Origin: an uncultured delta proteobacterium
GTDB taxonomy: Bacteria; Myxococcota; Myxococcia; Myxococcales; Myxococcaceae
Reading direction: 5' to 3'
NCBI GenBank assembly: GCA_963796055.1
Contig: CAWCKH010000004.1
Coordinates: 1,344,001-1,408,000 of the forward strand
Length of the DNA: 64,000 nucleotides
The position numbers and the translations under genes are program-made. The notes under the pieces were generated by a model. The model saw only the letters and a program-made list of their open reading frames with translations, had not been told where the DNA came from and did not search any database. Shown piece after piece: positions 45,040 through 54,938 of this stretch. Every line of letters begins with the position of its first letter. Positions within the stretch are counted from its first letter, which is position 1.

Positions 45040-46077
45040 GTGGACAGGTCCGCACCCTTCCTCCTCCTGGCGATCTCGTTCCTTCCCCTTTCCGTCCACG
45101 CCGAATCAGGAATTGCGGTTCCGCCGAGCGCGCCGGATGCGCCGCGGGCCGAGATCCCGCTGTCGGTCCAGCCACCCGAGGTGGGCATCCCGTTCGGCTG
45201 CGGCATGTCGTTCCCGGTCAGCCAGGTGCACAACGTCGGCAGCCACACCGGCAACGATGCCTGGGCCTGGGACTTCCGGATGCCCGAAGGCACGCCGGTG
45301 GTCGCCGCGCTCGATGGCGTGGTGCGGCTCGCCCGTGGGGACAGCGACGAGGGCGGGTGCGATCCGGCGATGGCGCGCAAGGCGAACTACGTGGTCATCG
45401 AGTCGCCGGGGAACATCGAGACTCAGTACCTGCACTTCTCGGCGGTGAGCGTGACCCCGGGGCAGCATGTGCAGCGCGGCGATCTGCTCGGCTACTCCGG
45501 CAAGACCGGATGGGCCTGCGGCGCGCACCTGCACTTCAAGGTCGCGACGCCGGTCTCGGCGGGCTGGAACAACCCGTCGGTCGAGGCGCGGTTCCAGGGC
45601 TGCGGCGACCCGACGCTCGAGACATGGGTCTCGAGCCCGCCGTGCGGCGGGGCGCCGGAGATCGCGACGCAGCAGCCGGCGCCGTTCCCCACCGAGCACA
45701 CCGTCCCGCCCCCGGGCGAGGTCCAGCCGGCGGCGCTCTCGGCGGCGGCGAGCGCAGTGCCACCGTCGCTCGGCGTGGGCGGTCCCGCGCTCGAGGCACG
45801 TCCAACGCCCGGCGGACCGGCACCGGGACCTGCGGTGGCGAAACCTCCCGCGCCGCCGGTCGGGCATCCGCTGTCCGCACGAGGCTCACCGCTCACGCCG
45901 TCGACTCCGCCCGCGCCTGCTGCGGGCCCGCTGGGACCCGGGCTGCAGGCCGCCTCGTCCACGCCGCCGTCGGCGGTCGGCCCTCCGCCGCTGAGCGCGC
46001 CCGCGGAAACGGCCGGGCCGCGGGACACCGAGGCCGAGCTGCTCGACGGCACCGACGTGGTCGCCCCGCATCGCTGA
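45040..46077 (+). CDS. M23 family metallopeptidase with Pro-rich tail
   Basis: Signal peptide; DF..PEGTPVVAA, YLH, GKTG, HLHF. Confidence 0.85.
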   Translation: MDRSAPFLLLAISFLPLSVHAESGIAVPPSAPDAPRAEIPLSVQPPEVGIPFGCGMSFPVSQVHNVGSHTGNDAWAWDFRMPEGTPVVAALDGVVRLARGDSDEGGCDPAMARKANYVVIESPGNIETQYLHFSAVSVTPGQHVQRGDLLGYSGKTGWACGAHLHFKVATPVSAGWNNPSVEARFQGCGDPTLETWVSSPPCGGAPEIATQQPAPFPTEHTVPPPGEVQPAALSAAASAVPPSLGVGGPALEARPTPGGPAPGPAVAKPPAPPVGHPLSARGSPLTPSTPPAPAAGPLGPGLQAASSTPPSAVGPPPLSAPAETAGPRDTEAELLDGTDVVAPHR

Positions 46078-46118
46078 GGGTCCGGCTCCGGTCCCCCTGG
46101 ACGGTCCGAGCCCTGGTC

Positions 46119-47849
46119 TCAGCCCGCACCCTCGCCGGCGGCGACGAGCTGCTTCGCCGCTTGGCGCGGCCCCGCGAGCGCTCGGTCCACCTCGGCGTGC
46201 AGATCCGCGTTCACCCCGTCCACCGCGCGGAGGAAGGCCGCCTCGCCCGAGCGCGCCACCCCGGCGGCGACGCCCGCGAGCGTCAGGCCGGCGATGAGCG
46301 TCCCGGCGACCGTCCACAACAGCGCCAGCACCGCCGCGTTCAGGAAGTAGCCGCCCGGCAGCCACCGTCCCTCCCAGTAGGCCCGCGCCACGCGGTAGCC
46401 CACGTGCCCCACGAGGCCGAGGAGCGGCAGCTGCACCAGCGGAACGAGCAGCAGCCGCGCCCACCGCCACCAGCCCTGCACCGCGCCGTCGAGCATCGGC
46501 CCGGTCACCTCCCGCCAGGCGAGGGCGCGCGCGCCGGCGAGCCGGGCCACCCACGCCGGATGGTCCGGCAGCCCGGTCACCTCGGGCGGCAGCCCCCGCT
46601 CCGCGGCGACCGCCCGGGCCGGAGCCAGCGCCTGGCGGGCCAGTGCGTCGAGCACGCCGTCCGAGGTCGCGACCATCCGCTCGGCCGCGGCCTGGCGCCC
46701 CCGCGACTGCACCTCGTCCAGCACAGCGCCGGTGGCCGCAACCAGCAGCCCCGCCGGGAGGCTCGCCTGCGAGGCGAGGGCCGCACCCGCCAGCCCACCC
46801 GAGCCCCACCCGGAGAGCCGGAGGCCCCAGCCGATGGGCCCGGTGAGCCGCCCCGCCGCCTGCCGCCGCACGCTCTGGCGCAGAAAGCCGCCCGCGCCTC
46901 CGAGCCGTACCCGGAAGTCCTCCCCCAGTGGAGCGCGCACCTCTCCGAGCCCCGTCTCGAGGGCCTTCCTCACCGCGCCCTGCGCCTCCTCCGTCGTCCG
47001 GAGCGCATCACCCACCCGGGTGCGGATCTGCCCCAGCAGCGCCTCGGCGTTGCGGCGCCGCAGCTCCGTCGCCACTCCTGCCTCGGCGAGCGTGCGCAGC
47101 TGTGCCTCCAGCGCCTGCCAGTCGTCGTCGAGCGGCTCCCCGAGCCGCGCCTTCAGCGCGCTGACCACGAAGACCGGCGGCGGCTCGGACAGTCCCAGCT
47201 CCGACTGGAGCACCCGAGCCACCTGCTCCCGGAGCGCCTGGCGTGCCTCGGCCCCGAGCTGGTCGGCGAAGTTCACCACCCCGAGCAGGGCCCGCCGCCG
47301 GGCGAACGGACGCAGCGCCTCGGTGGGCCGGGCCTCCGCCACCGAGCCGCGGTGAAAGACGACCAGTGCCGCGTCCACCTGGTCCAGCACCGCCAGCGCG
47401 GCGTCGGCGTTGGCCCGGGCGACCGAGTTGAGATCCGGCGTGTCCACGAACACCTGCCCCGACCACCCGCTCCCCACTTCGGTCAGGTACCGCACCACCC
47501 GCGGGACCGCCTCGCCCAGGGTGCCCAGGTCGGCATCCGAGGGCGCATAGGCCACGGCCTCGGAGGACGTGGGCCGGTCCACGCCTTCCCGCGCGAGCAC
47601 CGTGCCCGCGAGCGCGTTGAGCAAGGTCGACTTGCCGGCGCCGGTGGAGCCGACCAGCGCGATGCGTAGCGGCCGCTCGGCGAGCGCCCGGGTCCGGGCG
47701 TAGTCCGCTGCGAGCCGCTCCAGAAGCGGCCGGGCGTCGGCCAGTGCCGGCAGCCCGCAGGCCAGCTCCAGCCGGGAGCGGATCAGCTCGGGCTCGGGGA
47801 GCGGCGCGGAAGGCGCCGGGTCCTGCTTCGCACGTCGGAACCACCTCAT
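46119..47849 (-). CDS. membrane-associated GTPase (dynamin/Era-like), member 2
   Basis: GSTGAGKS, RPTS, DTPD, NFAD; C-terminal TMs; ATGA-coupled to member 1. Confidence 0.75.
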   Translation of the reverse strand: MRWFRRAKQDPAPSAPLPEPELIRSRLELACGLPALADARPLLERLAADYARTRALAERPLRIALVGSTGAGKSTLLNALAGTVLAREGVDRPTSSEAVAYAPSDADLGTLGEAVPRVVRYLTEVGSGWSGQVFVDTPDLNSVARANADAALAVLDQVDAALVVFHRGSVAEARPTEALRPFARRRALLGVVNFADQLGAEARQALREQVARVLQSELGLSEPPPVFVVSALKARLGEPLDDDWQALEAQLRTLAEAGVATELRRRNAEALLGQIRTRVGDALRTTEEAQGAVRKALETGLGEVRAPLGEDFRVRLGGAGGFLRQSVRRQAAGRLTGPIGWGLRLSGWGSGGLAGAALASQASLPAGLLVAATGAVLDEVQSRGRQAAAERMVATSDGVLDALARQALAPARAVAAERGLPPEVTGLPDHPAWVARLAGARALAWREVTGPMLDGAVQGWWRWARLLLVPLVQLPLLGLVGHVGYRVARAYWEGRWLPGGYFLNAAVLALLWTVAGTLIAGLTLAGVAAGVARSGEAAFLRAVDGVNADLHAEVDRALAGPRQAAKQLVAAGEGAG

Positions 47850-49615
47850 GCCTCGCCTCCCTCGAGCTGCGCGGCGGCCTTGGAGAAGGTGGCCGCTGCG
47901 CCCTCGGCAGCGGTGACCTGCGCGTCGAGCCGCTGGAGCAGCGGACCGAAGAGCCGCGTCTCGAGCGCCCGGCCGAGCGAGCCGCCATGCTTCTCCGACC
48001 AGGTGCGCACCACCTCGCCACGGACCCCCGTGCCGAGCAGGTCCACAAACTTTTCCAGAAGAGGCGTGGTGAGCAGCGTGCCCACCCACACCACCGCGTC
48101 GTGCCCGATGCCGCCGGTGGCCACCGTCACTGCCGCCGCCGCGCTCGCCGGGACGGAGTAGACCAGCGTCGCCATCGCCTGGATCGCCCCTTCCTCGAAG
48201 CCGCCCGGCAGATGCGCGCGCACCAGCTCGCGGCAGCGCGCCAGCAGCTGCGCCCGGTCCTCCCGCAGGGACGCGTCCTCCACCAGCGGGCCCGGCGACT
48301 GGAGCGCGGCCAGCGTCGGCAGGCCGAGCGCCTCGGCCAGCGCCTCTCGCGTGCCGGTGTCTCCCCGCCAGGCGGCCAGCTCCGGCCCGAGCGCCTCGAC
48401 CAGCTGCCGGACGCCGTCGCGAAGCGCGGCGTCGGTCGCCGCCGCCGCGGTCGCCTCCAGCGCCTCGGGCTGGGGCGGGCTGAACGAGGCCCGGAGCTTC
48501 CGTCCCACCGCGCCCAGCACCGCGGCCAGCCCCCGGAACGGGCGGCGGATCCACCGGTGCACCGGGCTGCGGGCGTCCAGCTCGTCGCGGAAGGCTTCCA
48601 CCAGCACGTCCGCCGGCACGGCGCGCAGCGCAGCCCGGGCCCCCACCTCGGCCAGGCCGTGCCGGATGCGGGTGCGGAGCCGCTCCGGCTCGCTCGCCAG
48701 CGACCGCACCTGCGTGGCCAACGCATTCAGCTCGGCGGCGGCATCCTGGAGCGCCGCGGCCCGTGCCCGGGAGCGGAGCGCCGCGCCGCGCTCGGCGTCC
48801 CCGAGCAGCTCGGCGAGCGCGGGCCCTCCGTCCACCGGCTCGATCGACAGCCCGCGCCGGCCCGCCTCCACCTCGGGGTCATGCGGGCTGCGGTAGCGGG
48901 CGAACGGAGGAGCGCCCACGTCGGAGGCGAGCTTGTCCAGGTGCGCGCGCACCGTCCCCAGCTCTGGCGCCTCGTTGTAGACCACCACCCAGGGTCGGCC
49001 TCGGCCCACCGCCTGCTGCACCACGTCCACCAGCGCGGCGTTCTGGTACGTGTGCCGCGAGACGACGAAGACCACCACGTCCACCGTCACCAGCAGCGCC
49101 TCGCTTCGTAGCCGGTTCTCGCGCACCACGCTGTCGAAGTCGGGCGTGTCGATCAGGACCAGGCCCGCGGGCAAGGTGGTGGTGGAGGTGAGGAAGAGCC
49201 GTCCCGGCGGACCCGGCTCGGTCACCGGCGCCCGGGCCCCGGGTGGCAGCAGCACCACCTCGTAGCGGGCCGAGAGAGCCTCCCGCCCCGGACCGCTCGC
49301 GGTGTCGGGTGTGGCCGCGGCGAGGCACTGCTGGGTGAGACCTCCCTCGGCCCGCGCCGGCGACAGGTGCGCGCCGAGCAGCGTGTTGAACAGCGTGGAT
49401 TTCCCGACGTTGTTCGGCCCGGCCACCGCGACGAGCAGCAGCGGCGCCTCGCTTCCCAGGCGCGGGAGCAGGTCGCGGAGGATGCGGGTGCGTACCCGCC
49501 GTGCCAGCGCCCGGGTCACCGGGTCGGCGGCATCCGGCAGCCGCTCCGCCGCCGCCGCCACCGCGCGCAGCGCGGTCACCAGGGTGTCGGTGTCGGTGTC
49601 GGAGTCGGCGGTCAC
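47846..49615 (-). CDS. membrane-associated GTPase (dynamin/Era-like), member 1
   Basis: GPNNVGKS, DTPDFDS, YNEA; helical C-terminus with hydrophobic hairpin. Confidence 0.75.
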   Translation of the reverse strand: MTADSDTDTDTLVTALRAVAAAAERLPDAADPVTRALARRVRTRILRDLLPRLGSEAPLLLVAVAGPNNVGKSTLFNTLLGAHLSPARAEGGLTQQCLAAATPDTASGPGREALSARYEVVLLPPGARAPVTEPGPPGRLFLTSTTTLPAGLVLIDTPDFDSVVRENRLRSEALLVTVDVVVFVVSRHTYQNAALVDVVQQAVGRGRPWVVVYNEAPELGTVRAHLDKLASDVGAPPFARYRSPHDPEVEAGRRGLSIEPVDGGPALAELLGDAERGAALRSRARAAALQDAAAELNALATQVRSLASEPERLRTRIRHGLAEVGARAALRAVPADVLVEAFRDELDARSPVHRWIRRPFRGLAAVLGAVGRKLRASFSPPQPEALEATAAAATDAALRDGVRQLVEALGPELAAWRGDTGTREALAEALGLPTLAALQSPGPLVEDASLREDRAQLLARCRELVRAHLPGGFEEGAIQAMATLVYSVPASAAAAVTVATGGIGHDAVVWVGTLLTTPLLEKFVDLLGTGVRGEVVRTWSEKHGGSLGRALETRLFGPLLQRLDAQVTAAEGAAATFSKAAAQLEGGEA

Positions 49616-49649
49616 GGGGGCTTTGGTGCTAGCATCCCCGAGGGTGTCG

Positions 49650-51632
49650 ATGGCGCCTCGTTCGGGCCTGGTCCTCCTGCCGGACAGCTCCCCCGTGCGG
49701 GACCGGGTGACCGCCGCACTGCAGGGGAGCGAAGTCGCGCTCTGGCCCGCGGGTCAGCTCGCCGAGGCGAGCTACGTCCTGGTGGACCTGACCGCTCCGG
49801 GGGGAGACGCTGCGCTCCGGGCGATCGAGCACGGGGGCGGGCCGCAGGCGGTGATGGTGCTGGTGGACCCAGGCGTGCTGCGTCGCCACTCGGCGGCGAG
49901 CCTGCCGGCCAATTCGCTCCTCGCCATCGGTCAGCTCGAGGCGGAGCTCGGGTGGCGCCTGCAGAAGGCCCAGGAGCGGCATGCGCTCGAGCTCCAGTCG
50001 CGCGCCCAGGAGCGAAGTCTCGAAGCGCTGCTGGAGCTCACCGCGCGCTACGCCGAGTCCACCGACGTCGACGAGCTCCTCCACGACGTGACCCGCCGGC
50101 TGGCGGAGATGCTGGACATTCCCCGGGCGAGCCTGCTGCTCGACGACGGAGCTGGCTCCGCGGTGGTGGTCGCTGCGAGCGACGCACCGGACATCAAGAA
50201 TCTGAAAATCGACCTGGACCGCTATCCCGAGGTCCGGCAGTGCCTGCGCACCGGCTTGCCCACGGTGGTGGAGGACGTCCCGAGCCACCCGCTGCTGGAG
50301 GGGATGCACGAGCGGGTGGTGGCGGCCGGCGTGCGCTCCATCGCCGCGCTCCCCCTGAGCGTCCAGGGGAAGGTGCTGGGGGTGCTGCTGGTGCGCGGCT
50401 CCGGGGCGCGGCCGGCCTTCACCTCGGCCGAGGTGAACTTCCTGGCCACGGTGGGCCACGCCACCGCGGTGGCGCTGCGGAACGCACGGCTCCTCGAGTC
50501 GGTGCGCGGCGAGTCGCAACGGGAGAAGTCGGCCCGGCTCATCGCCGAGCAGAAGGCGGCGGAGCTGCAGCGCTACCAGGCCTTCTTCGCCCACGTCTCG
50601 GAGGGCATCGCCATCCTCGACGGCAACGGGCGGGTGCTGCTGCTCAACCCCGCCGGCGCGACGATGCTCGACGTGGATGCGGCAAACCTCGAGGGCCGCC
50701 ACGTGGAGGACCTCACCGGCGCGCTCGGAGCCGAGGCGCTCACCGCGCTGCTCTGCGCGGTGGCCCGGGGCGAGGTCCAGCGCGACGTGGACGTGCATGC
50801 CCGCACGCCCACGGAGCGGCACCTCACCCTCTCGGTGAGCGGGGCGCCCCTGCGCGAGGGCGACGCGGCAGCGATCCTCAGCTTCCGGGACGTGACCGAG
50901 CCCCGGCGCATCGAGAACGAGCTCCGGCGGACCAAGGAGTTCCTGGAGAAGCTGGTGGACAACACCGTGGACGCGGTGGTGGCCATGGACATGGAGGGGC
51001 GCTTCATCCTCTTCAACAAGGGCGCCGAGGCGCTCACCGACTACAACGCGCACGAGGCGCTGGGAAAGCTCACCGCGATGCAGTTCTTCGTCGGCGATGG
51101 CGTGGGGTCCGAGCTGCTGGAGCGGATGCGCTCCGCCGAGCACGGGGGCCCCGGTCGGCTGGCGCTCACCCGGCAGGAGATCGTCTCCAAGGCCGGGGAG
51201 AAGGTCCCGGTGAACATGACCGGCTCCATCCTCTACGAGGGCTCGCGCGAGGTGGCGATGGTGGGCATCCTCCGCGACCTTCGCGACCGGGTGCAGCTCG
51301 AGCGCAAGCTCTCCGACGCTACCCTGCGGCTGGAGCGAAGCGAGCGGAGCGCGGAGATGATCGCCCTGGCCGGCACCGCGGCCCACGAGCTGAACCAGCC
51401 GCTGACCTCCGTCCTCGGCTACGCCGAGCTGCTCAAGCGGAAGCTCGGGCCCGACGACTACGCCTGGGCCAAGGTGGACATCATCCACAAGGAGGCCGAA
51501 CGGATGAAGGAGATCGTCCGGAAGATCGGCCGGATCACCCGCTTCGAGACCAAGGCCTACGTGGGCGAGGCCCGGATCCTGGACCTGGAACTGGCCTCGG
51601 ACGACGAATCCGCCCCGGCGTCCAAGGGGTAG
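49650..51632 (+). CDS. GAF-PAS-PAS-HisKA protein lacking HATPase domain
   Basis: GAF (SIAALPL..LGVL), two PAS, AAHELNQPL; ends about 70 aa later without N/G boxes. Confidence 0.8.
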   Translation: MAPRSGLVLLPDSSPVRDRVTAALQGSEVALWPAGQLAEASYVLVDLTAPGGDAALRAIEHGGGPQAVMVLVDPGVLRRHSAASLPANSLLAIGQLEAELGWRLQKAQERHALELQSRAQERSLEALLELTARYAESTDVDELLHDVTRRLAEMLDIPRASLLLDDGAGSAVVVAASDAPDIKNLKIDLDRYPEVRQCLRTGLPTVVEDVPSHPLLEGMHERVVAAGVRSIAALPLSVQGKVLGVLLVRGSGARPAFTSAEVNFLATVGHATAVALRNARLLESVRGESQREKSARLIAEQKAAELQRYQAFFAHVSEGIAILDGNGRVLLLNPAGATMLDVDAANLEGRHVEDLTGALGAEALTALLCAVARGEVQRDVDVHARTPTERHLTLSVSGAPLREGDAAAILSFRDVTEPRRIENELRRTKEFLEKLVDNTVDAVVAMDMEGRFILFNKGAEALTDYNAHEALGKLTAMQFFVGDGVGSELLERMRSAEHGGPGRLALTRQEIVSKAGEKVPVNMTGSILYEGSREVAMVGILRDLRDRVQLERKLSDATLRLERSERSAEMIALAGTAAHELNQPLTSVLGYAELLKRKLGPDDYAWAKVDIIHKEAERMKEIVRKIGRITRFETKAYVGEARILDLELASDDESAPASKG

Positions 51633-51718
51633 GTCAGGGCGGCCGTAGTCGAGGTCCAGGTCAGGGTGTCGTCAGGCGGGCCATAGTCGGCGAGGTCAGG
51701 GCGGCCGCACTCAGGTAG
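51630..51718 (+). repeat. copy of modular intergenic repeat (B'-A')
   Basis: TAGGTCAGGGCGGCCG...AGGTCAGGGCGGCCGCACTCAGGTAG. Confidence 0.85.
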
Positions 51719-51781
51719 GGCCGTGTTGGCCCGCGGACCAAAAATATGGAGAGGTTGCGCGTACTTCCCTACCTTGGATTC

Positions 51782-51812
51782 TTGACAGGTTGCTGAGTGC
51801 GGGACGTAGGAT
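51782..51812 (+). promoter_or_regulatory. possible sigma70-type promoter of aglRQS
   Basis: TTGACA-N19-TAGGAT (long spacer). Confidence 0.35.
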
Positions 51813-51906
51813 GCAACTTCACGTCCACCCCCCTGAACTATCCAGGGTTCCAGCGTGATCCGCCGGTCTTCCGGCCGCGGGCTCGCTGACCAGTACGGAG
51901 GCATCG

Positions 51907-52641
51907 ATGAGCGTGGGGTTCCTGTCCCAACTGACGTTGCTCGCGGCGGAGGCGACCGCCTCGGGCTCCCTCTTCGACCAGATGGCGGCCCGGTTCCGCG
52001 CTGGCAAGGGAGGGATGTACCCCATCGCCGTCTGCGCGGTCGTCGCGCTGGCGATCATCATCGAGCGCTGTGTGGTGCTGTTCTTCTCCGCGCCGATCAA
52101 CAAGGACGGCTTCCTGCGCGGCCTGAAGAAGCACATCTACGCCGGTGACCTGGACAAGGCCATCAACTACGTGGCCGGCCAGAAGAGCACCCCGCTCACC
52201 AACGTGGTGAAGGCGGGCCTGATGAACGTTCCCAAGGGCGAGGACGAGGTCCAGGCCGCGCTCGACGAGGCCAGCCTCCGCGAGACGCCGAAGCTCGAGG
52301 CCCGGACCGGCTACCTGGCCATGCTCGGGAACGCGGCGATGCTCGCCGGACTGCTGGGGACGGTGAACGGGCTGATCCAGTGCTTCGAGGCCGTGGCCCA
52401 CGTGAACCCGGCGGACAAGGCCACCATCCTCTCCCAGGGCATCTCCGAGGCGATGAACTGCACCTTCTTCGGGCTGCTCACCGCCATCCCGGCGCTGATC
52501 ATGTTCTCGGTCCTCAACGGCCGGACCCAGAGCCTGATCAACGACATCAACGAGACCAGCGTCTCGGTGCTGAACCTGGTGGTGAACAACAGGGACAAGT
52601 TCAAGAACCTCACCGTCTCCGCAGGCCGGGATGACGAGTAG
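51907..52641 (+). CDS. aglR: gliding motor TolQ/MotA-like subunit
   Basis: GLKKHIYAGDLDKAI, GLLGTV, GISEAMNCT; recognised as AglR-like. Confidence 0.85.
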   Translation: MSVGFLSQLTLLAAEATASGSLFDQMAARFRAGKGGMYPIAVCAVVALAIIIERCVVLFFSAPINKDGFLRGLKKHIYAGDLDKAINYVAGQKSTPLTNVVKAGLMNVPKGEDEVQAALDEASLRETPKLEARTGYLAMLGNAAMLAGLLGTVNGLIQCFEAVAHVNPADKATILSQGISEAMNCTFFGLLTAIPALIMFSVLNGRTQSLINDINETSVSVLNLVVNNRDKFKNLTVSAGRDDE

Positions 52642-52684
52642 CCCTTCCCGCAGTCGCCAACCCTAGAGACCGGAGAGCGCGCAC

Positions 52685-53167
52685 ATGGCCGGCGGGATGG
52701 ACCTGGGTAACGACAAAGGCCCCAAGAAGCCTTTGGATGCCACGATCAACCTGGTCCCCTTCATCGACCTGATGGCAGTGACCATCAGCTTCCTGATCAT
52801 GACCGCGGTGTGGACGCAGATCGGCCGGCTTCAAGTCAGCGGCGGCGGCGGAGATGGCGACCCCACGCCGGAGAAGGACGACAAGACCGTTCCGGTCACG
52901 CTGCTCCTGTCGGAGAAGGACCTCCGGCTCACGGTGGGCACCAGCACCTTCGACCCCATCCCCATCAGCCGGGACGCCAAGCAGCAGATCGACCTCACCA
53001 GGCTCGCCGAGCGCTTCAAGGACGTGAAGGAGAAGCTGGGCCCGGATCAGACGGCGATCACCGTTCAGACCGAGGACGCGGTCCGCTACGAGGACCTGGT
53101 CCACGTGATCGACGAGTGCATCGGCGACGGTTTCCCCTCGGTGTCGGTGGCACCGGTGAGCACCTGA
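52685..53167 (+). CDS. aglQ: gliding motor TolR/ExbD-like subunit
   Basis: INLVPFIDLMAVTISFL with the conserved channel Asp. Confidence 0.82.
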   Translation: MAGGMDLGNDKGPKKPLDATINLVPFIDLMAVTISFLIMTAVWTQIGRLQVSGGGGDGDPTPEKDDKTVPVTLLLSEKDLRLTVGTSTFDPIPISRDAKQQIDLTRLAERFKDVKEKLGPDQTAITVQTEDAVRYEDLVHVIDECIGDGFPSVSVAPVST

Positions 53168-53169
53168 CC

Positions 53170-53745
53170 ATGGCCATCGAGACCCCAGGCAAGCGTTTCG
53201 GAAAGCGCCTCAGGAAGTCGAAGGTCTTCGGCCACGGGCACGCGGCCCACAAGTCCACCAACGCCGATCTGCTGATCACCCCGCTGGTCGACATGTTCGT
53301 GATCATCGTGCTCTTCCTCATCGCCAACTTCTCGGCGACGGGAGAGATCCTGAACATGACCAAGGACATCCAGCTGCCCACGGCGACCCACGTGGACGAG
53401 CTGGAGCTGGCGCCGGTGATCATGATCAGCAACGACGACATCATCATCAACGGCGTCTCGGTGGCCCGGGTGGCCGACCTCTCTCGCGACGACTACGTCA
53501 CCATCCCCGCTCTGGAGGAGAAGCTCCGCGAGCAGAAGAAGGAGACCGAGGAGCTCCACGCGCTGGCCAACGACGGCACCGCCTTCAAGGGCGTGGTGAA
53601 CATCCAGGGCCACAAGGACGTGCCCTTCCGGATCATCAAGCGGGTGATGTTCAGCTGCCAGGGCGGCGGCTACGGGAACATCAACTTCGCGGTGCTCCGC
53701 GGAACCACTGGTCAGCCCGGCGAGAAGACCGCGTCCCTTCCGTAG
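53170..53745 (+). CDS. aglS: gliding motor TolR/ExbD-like subunit
   Basis: SKVFGHGH..LLITPLVDMFVIIVLFL. Confidence 0.82.
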   Translation: MAIETPGKRFGKRLRKSKVFGHGHAAHKSTNADLLITPLVDMFVIIVLFLIANFSATGEILNMTKDIQLPTATHVDELELAPVIMISNDDIIINGVSVARVADLSRDDYVTIPALEEKLREQKKETEELHALANDGTAFKGVVNIQGHKDVPFRIIKRVMFSCQGGGYGNINFAVLRGTTGQPGEKTASLP

Positions 53746-53758
53746 ACCCGGCCTCTTC

Positions 53759-53786
53759 CTAGCTGACTGCGGCCGCCCTGACCTAC
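53759..53786 (-). repeat. minimal monomer of the modular repeat
   Basis: Minus strand reads GTAGGTCAGGGCGGCCGCAGTCAGCTAG. Confidence 0.85.
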
Positions 53787-54022
53787 AGCGAGCGCCAGTC
53801 GAGCCGCGTCGCGCGGGGCAACCCTTCCTGCAGCTCCGCCCGGTGGTACGCCGTGGCGGCCGAGATCAGGTGGACGATCCAGCCGAAGAAGCCGGCGCTG
53901 CCGATCCACAGCGCCGGGGTGATGATCAGCCAGAAGAGCCCCCGGAGCACCTCGCGGTTGTAGATCTGCCCCACTCCGGGAATCAGGAACGAGAGCAGAG
54001 CGGCAATGGCGGGACGGGACAT
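53783..54022 (-). CDS. small membrane protein (TM2/DUF5683-like)
   Basis: AALLSFLIPGVGQIYN; GGAGG RBS. Confidence 0.75.
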   Translation of the reverse strand: MSRPAIAALLSFLIPGVGQIYNREVLRGLFWLIITPALWIGSAGFFGWIVHLISAATAYHRAELQEGLPRATRLDWRSL

Positions 54023-54103
54023 GGTGTCAGCTTCCTCCGTCCCAGCAGACGTCCCAGGCGTCCCCCGATTGCGTCAGCGTGCAGCGCCAGCGGAAATTCC
54101 TGC

Positions 54104-54871
54104 TCAGGTCTCGAGTGGCCGTGCGGCGGCCGCGGCCCGGGAAGGGGCGTGGGCGTGCCTGAGGAGCCAGCTCCTGACGGGAGGCCCACCGTAGCGTGCC
54201 AGACCCGCCGCGACGCCGAAGCGGACCAGGCGGGCGATGGCGGTCGCCCCGAGGAAGGCAGGGATGGACACCCCCACCAGCCCGCTGCCGATGGTGGCCA
54301 GCTTGAAGGCCGGCACCACCATGCAGACCACTGCCAGCGACCACCAGTTCCGGCTCAGCAGCTCGGCGAGGGTCCCGTGCACGCCGAACCATCCGGTCCG
54401 CGTCGAGGCGATGGCGAAGGCGAGCGTGAGCCCGCACGCCACCGCGGCGCGCAGCCAGGCGAATGGCCGCTGCTTGAGCCCCTGGAGCGCGGAGACGACC
54501 GTCACCACCCCCGCGGCGCCGGCGAGGATGAGCAGCACCTTGTGGAGCCAGTCCGGTCCGAGGTCGAGTCTGAGATTCGGGTCGATGTGGATCAGGTTCA
54601 GCCCACTGCGCATTGCGGCGCCGATGGCGTAGCCGAGGAGGCTGCCGGCGATGGAGGCGAAGGTGCCCCAGAGCATCAGGCGCAGCCACTTTTCCGGGGC
54701 GGCGATGACCATCGGGATGAGGAGGACGAAGGGGGGAACGGGGAAGAACGCCGAGTCGATCGCCGCCACAACCAGCAGGGCGCTGAAGGCGGCCGGGCTG
54801 TTGGCGTACGACTCGACGCGGGCGTACAACCGTCCGGACCAGGCCCGGGCCCGTCCCCATGGCGTCAGCAT
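54104..54871 (-). CDS. YqaA/DedA (VTT) family membrane protein
   Basis: IDSAFFPVPP, GSLLGYAIG, PAFKLATIGSG, RLVRF. Confidence 0.8.
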   Translation of the reverse strand: MLTPWGRARAWSGRLYARVESYANSPAAFSALLVVAAIDSAFFPVPPFVLLIPMVIAAPEKWLRLMLWGTFASIAGSLLGYAIGAAMRSGLNLIHIDPNLRLDLGPDWLHKVLLILAGAAGVVTVVSALQGLKQRPFAWLRAAVACGLTLAFAIASTRTGWFGVHGTLAELLSRNWWSLAVVCMVVPAFKLATIGSGLVGVSIPAFLGATAIARLVRFGVAAGLARYGGPPVRSWLLRHAHAPSRAAAAARPLET

Positions 54872-54938
54872 GGCGGCGCACCCTAGCAGGCCGGACCGCT
54901 CGTGGCAGCCGGGTGTCCGGATGTTAGGTTGCCTGAGC

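Noticed and set aside
49583..49610. GTGTCG hexamer run (DTDTDT) at the GTPase N-terminus
   Set aside because: Short, in-frame, low-complexity; no evidence of function
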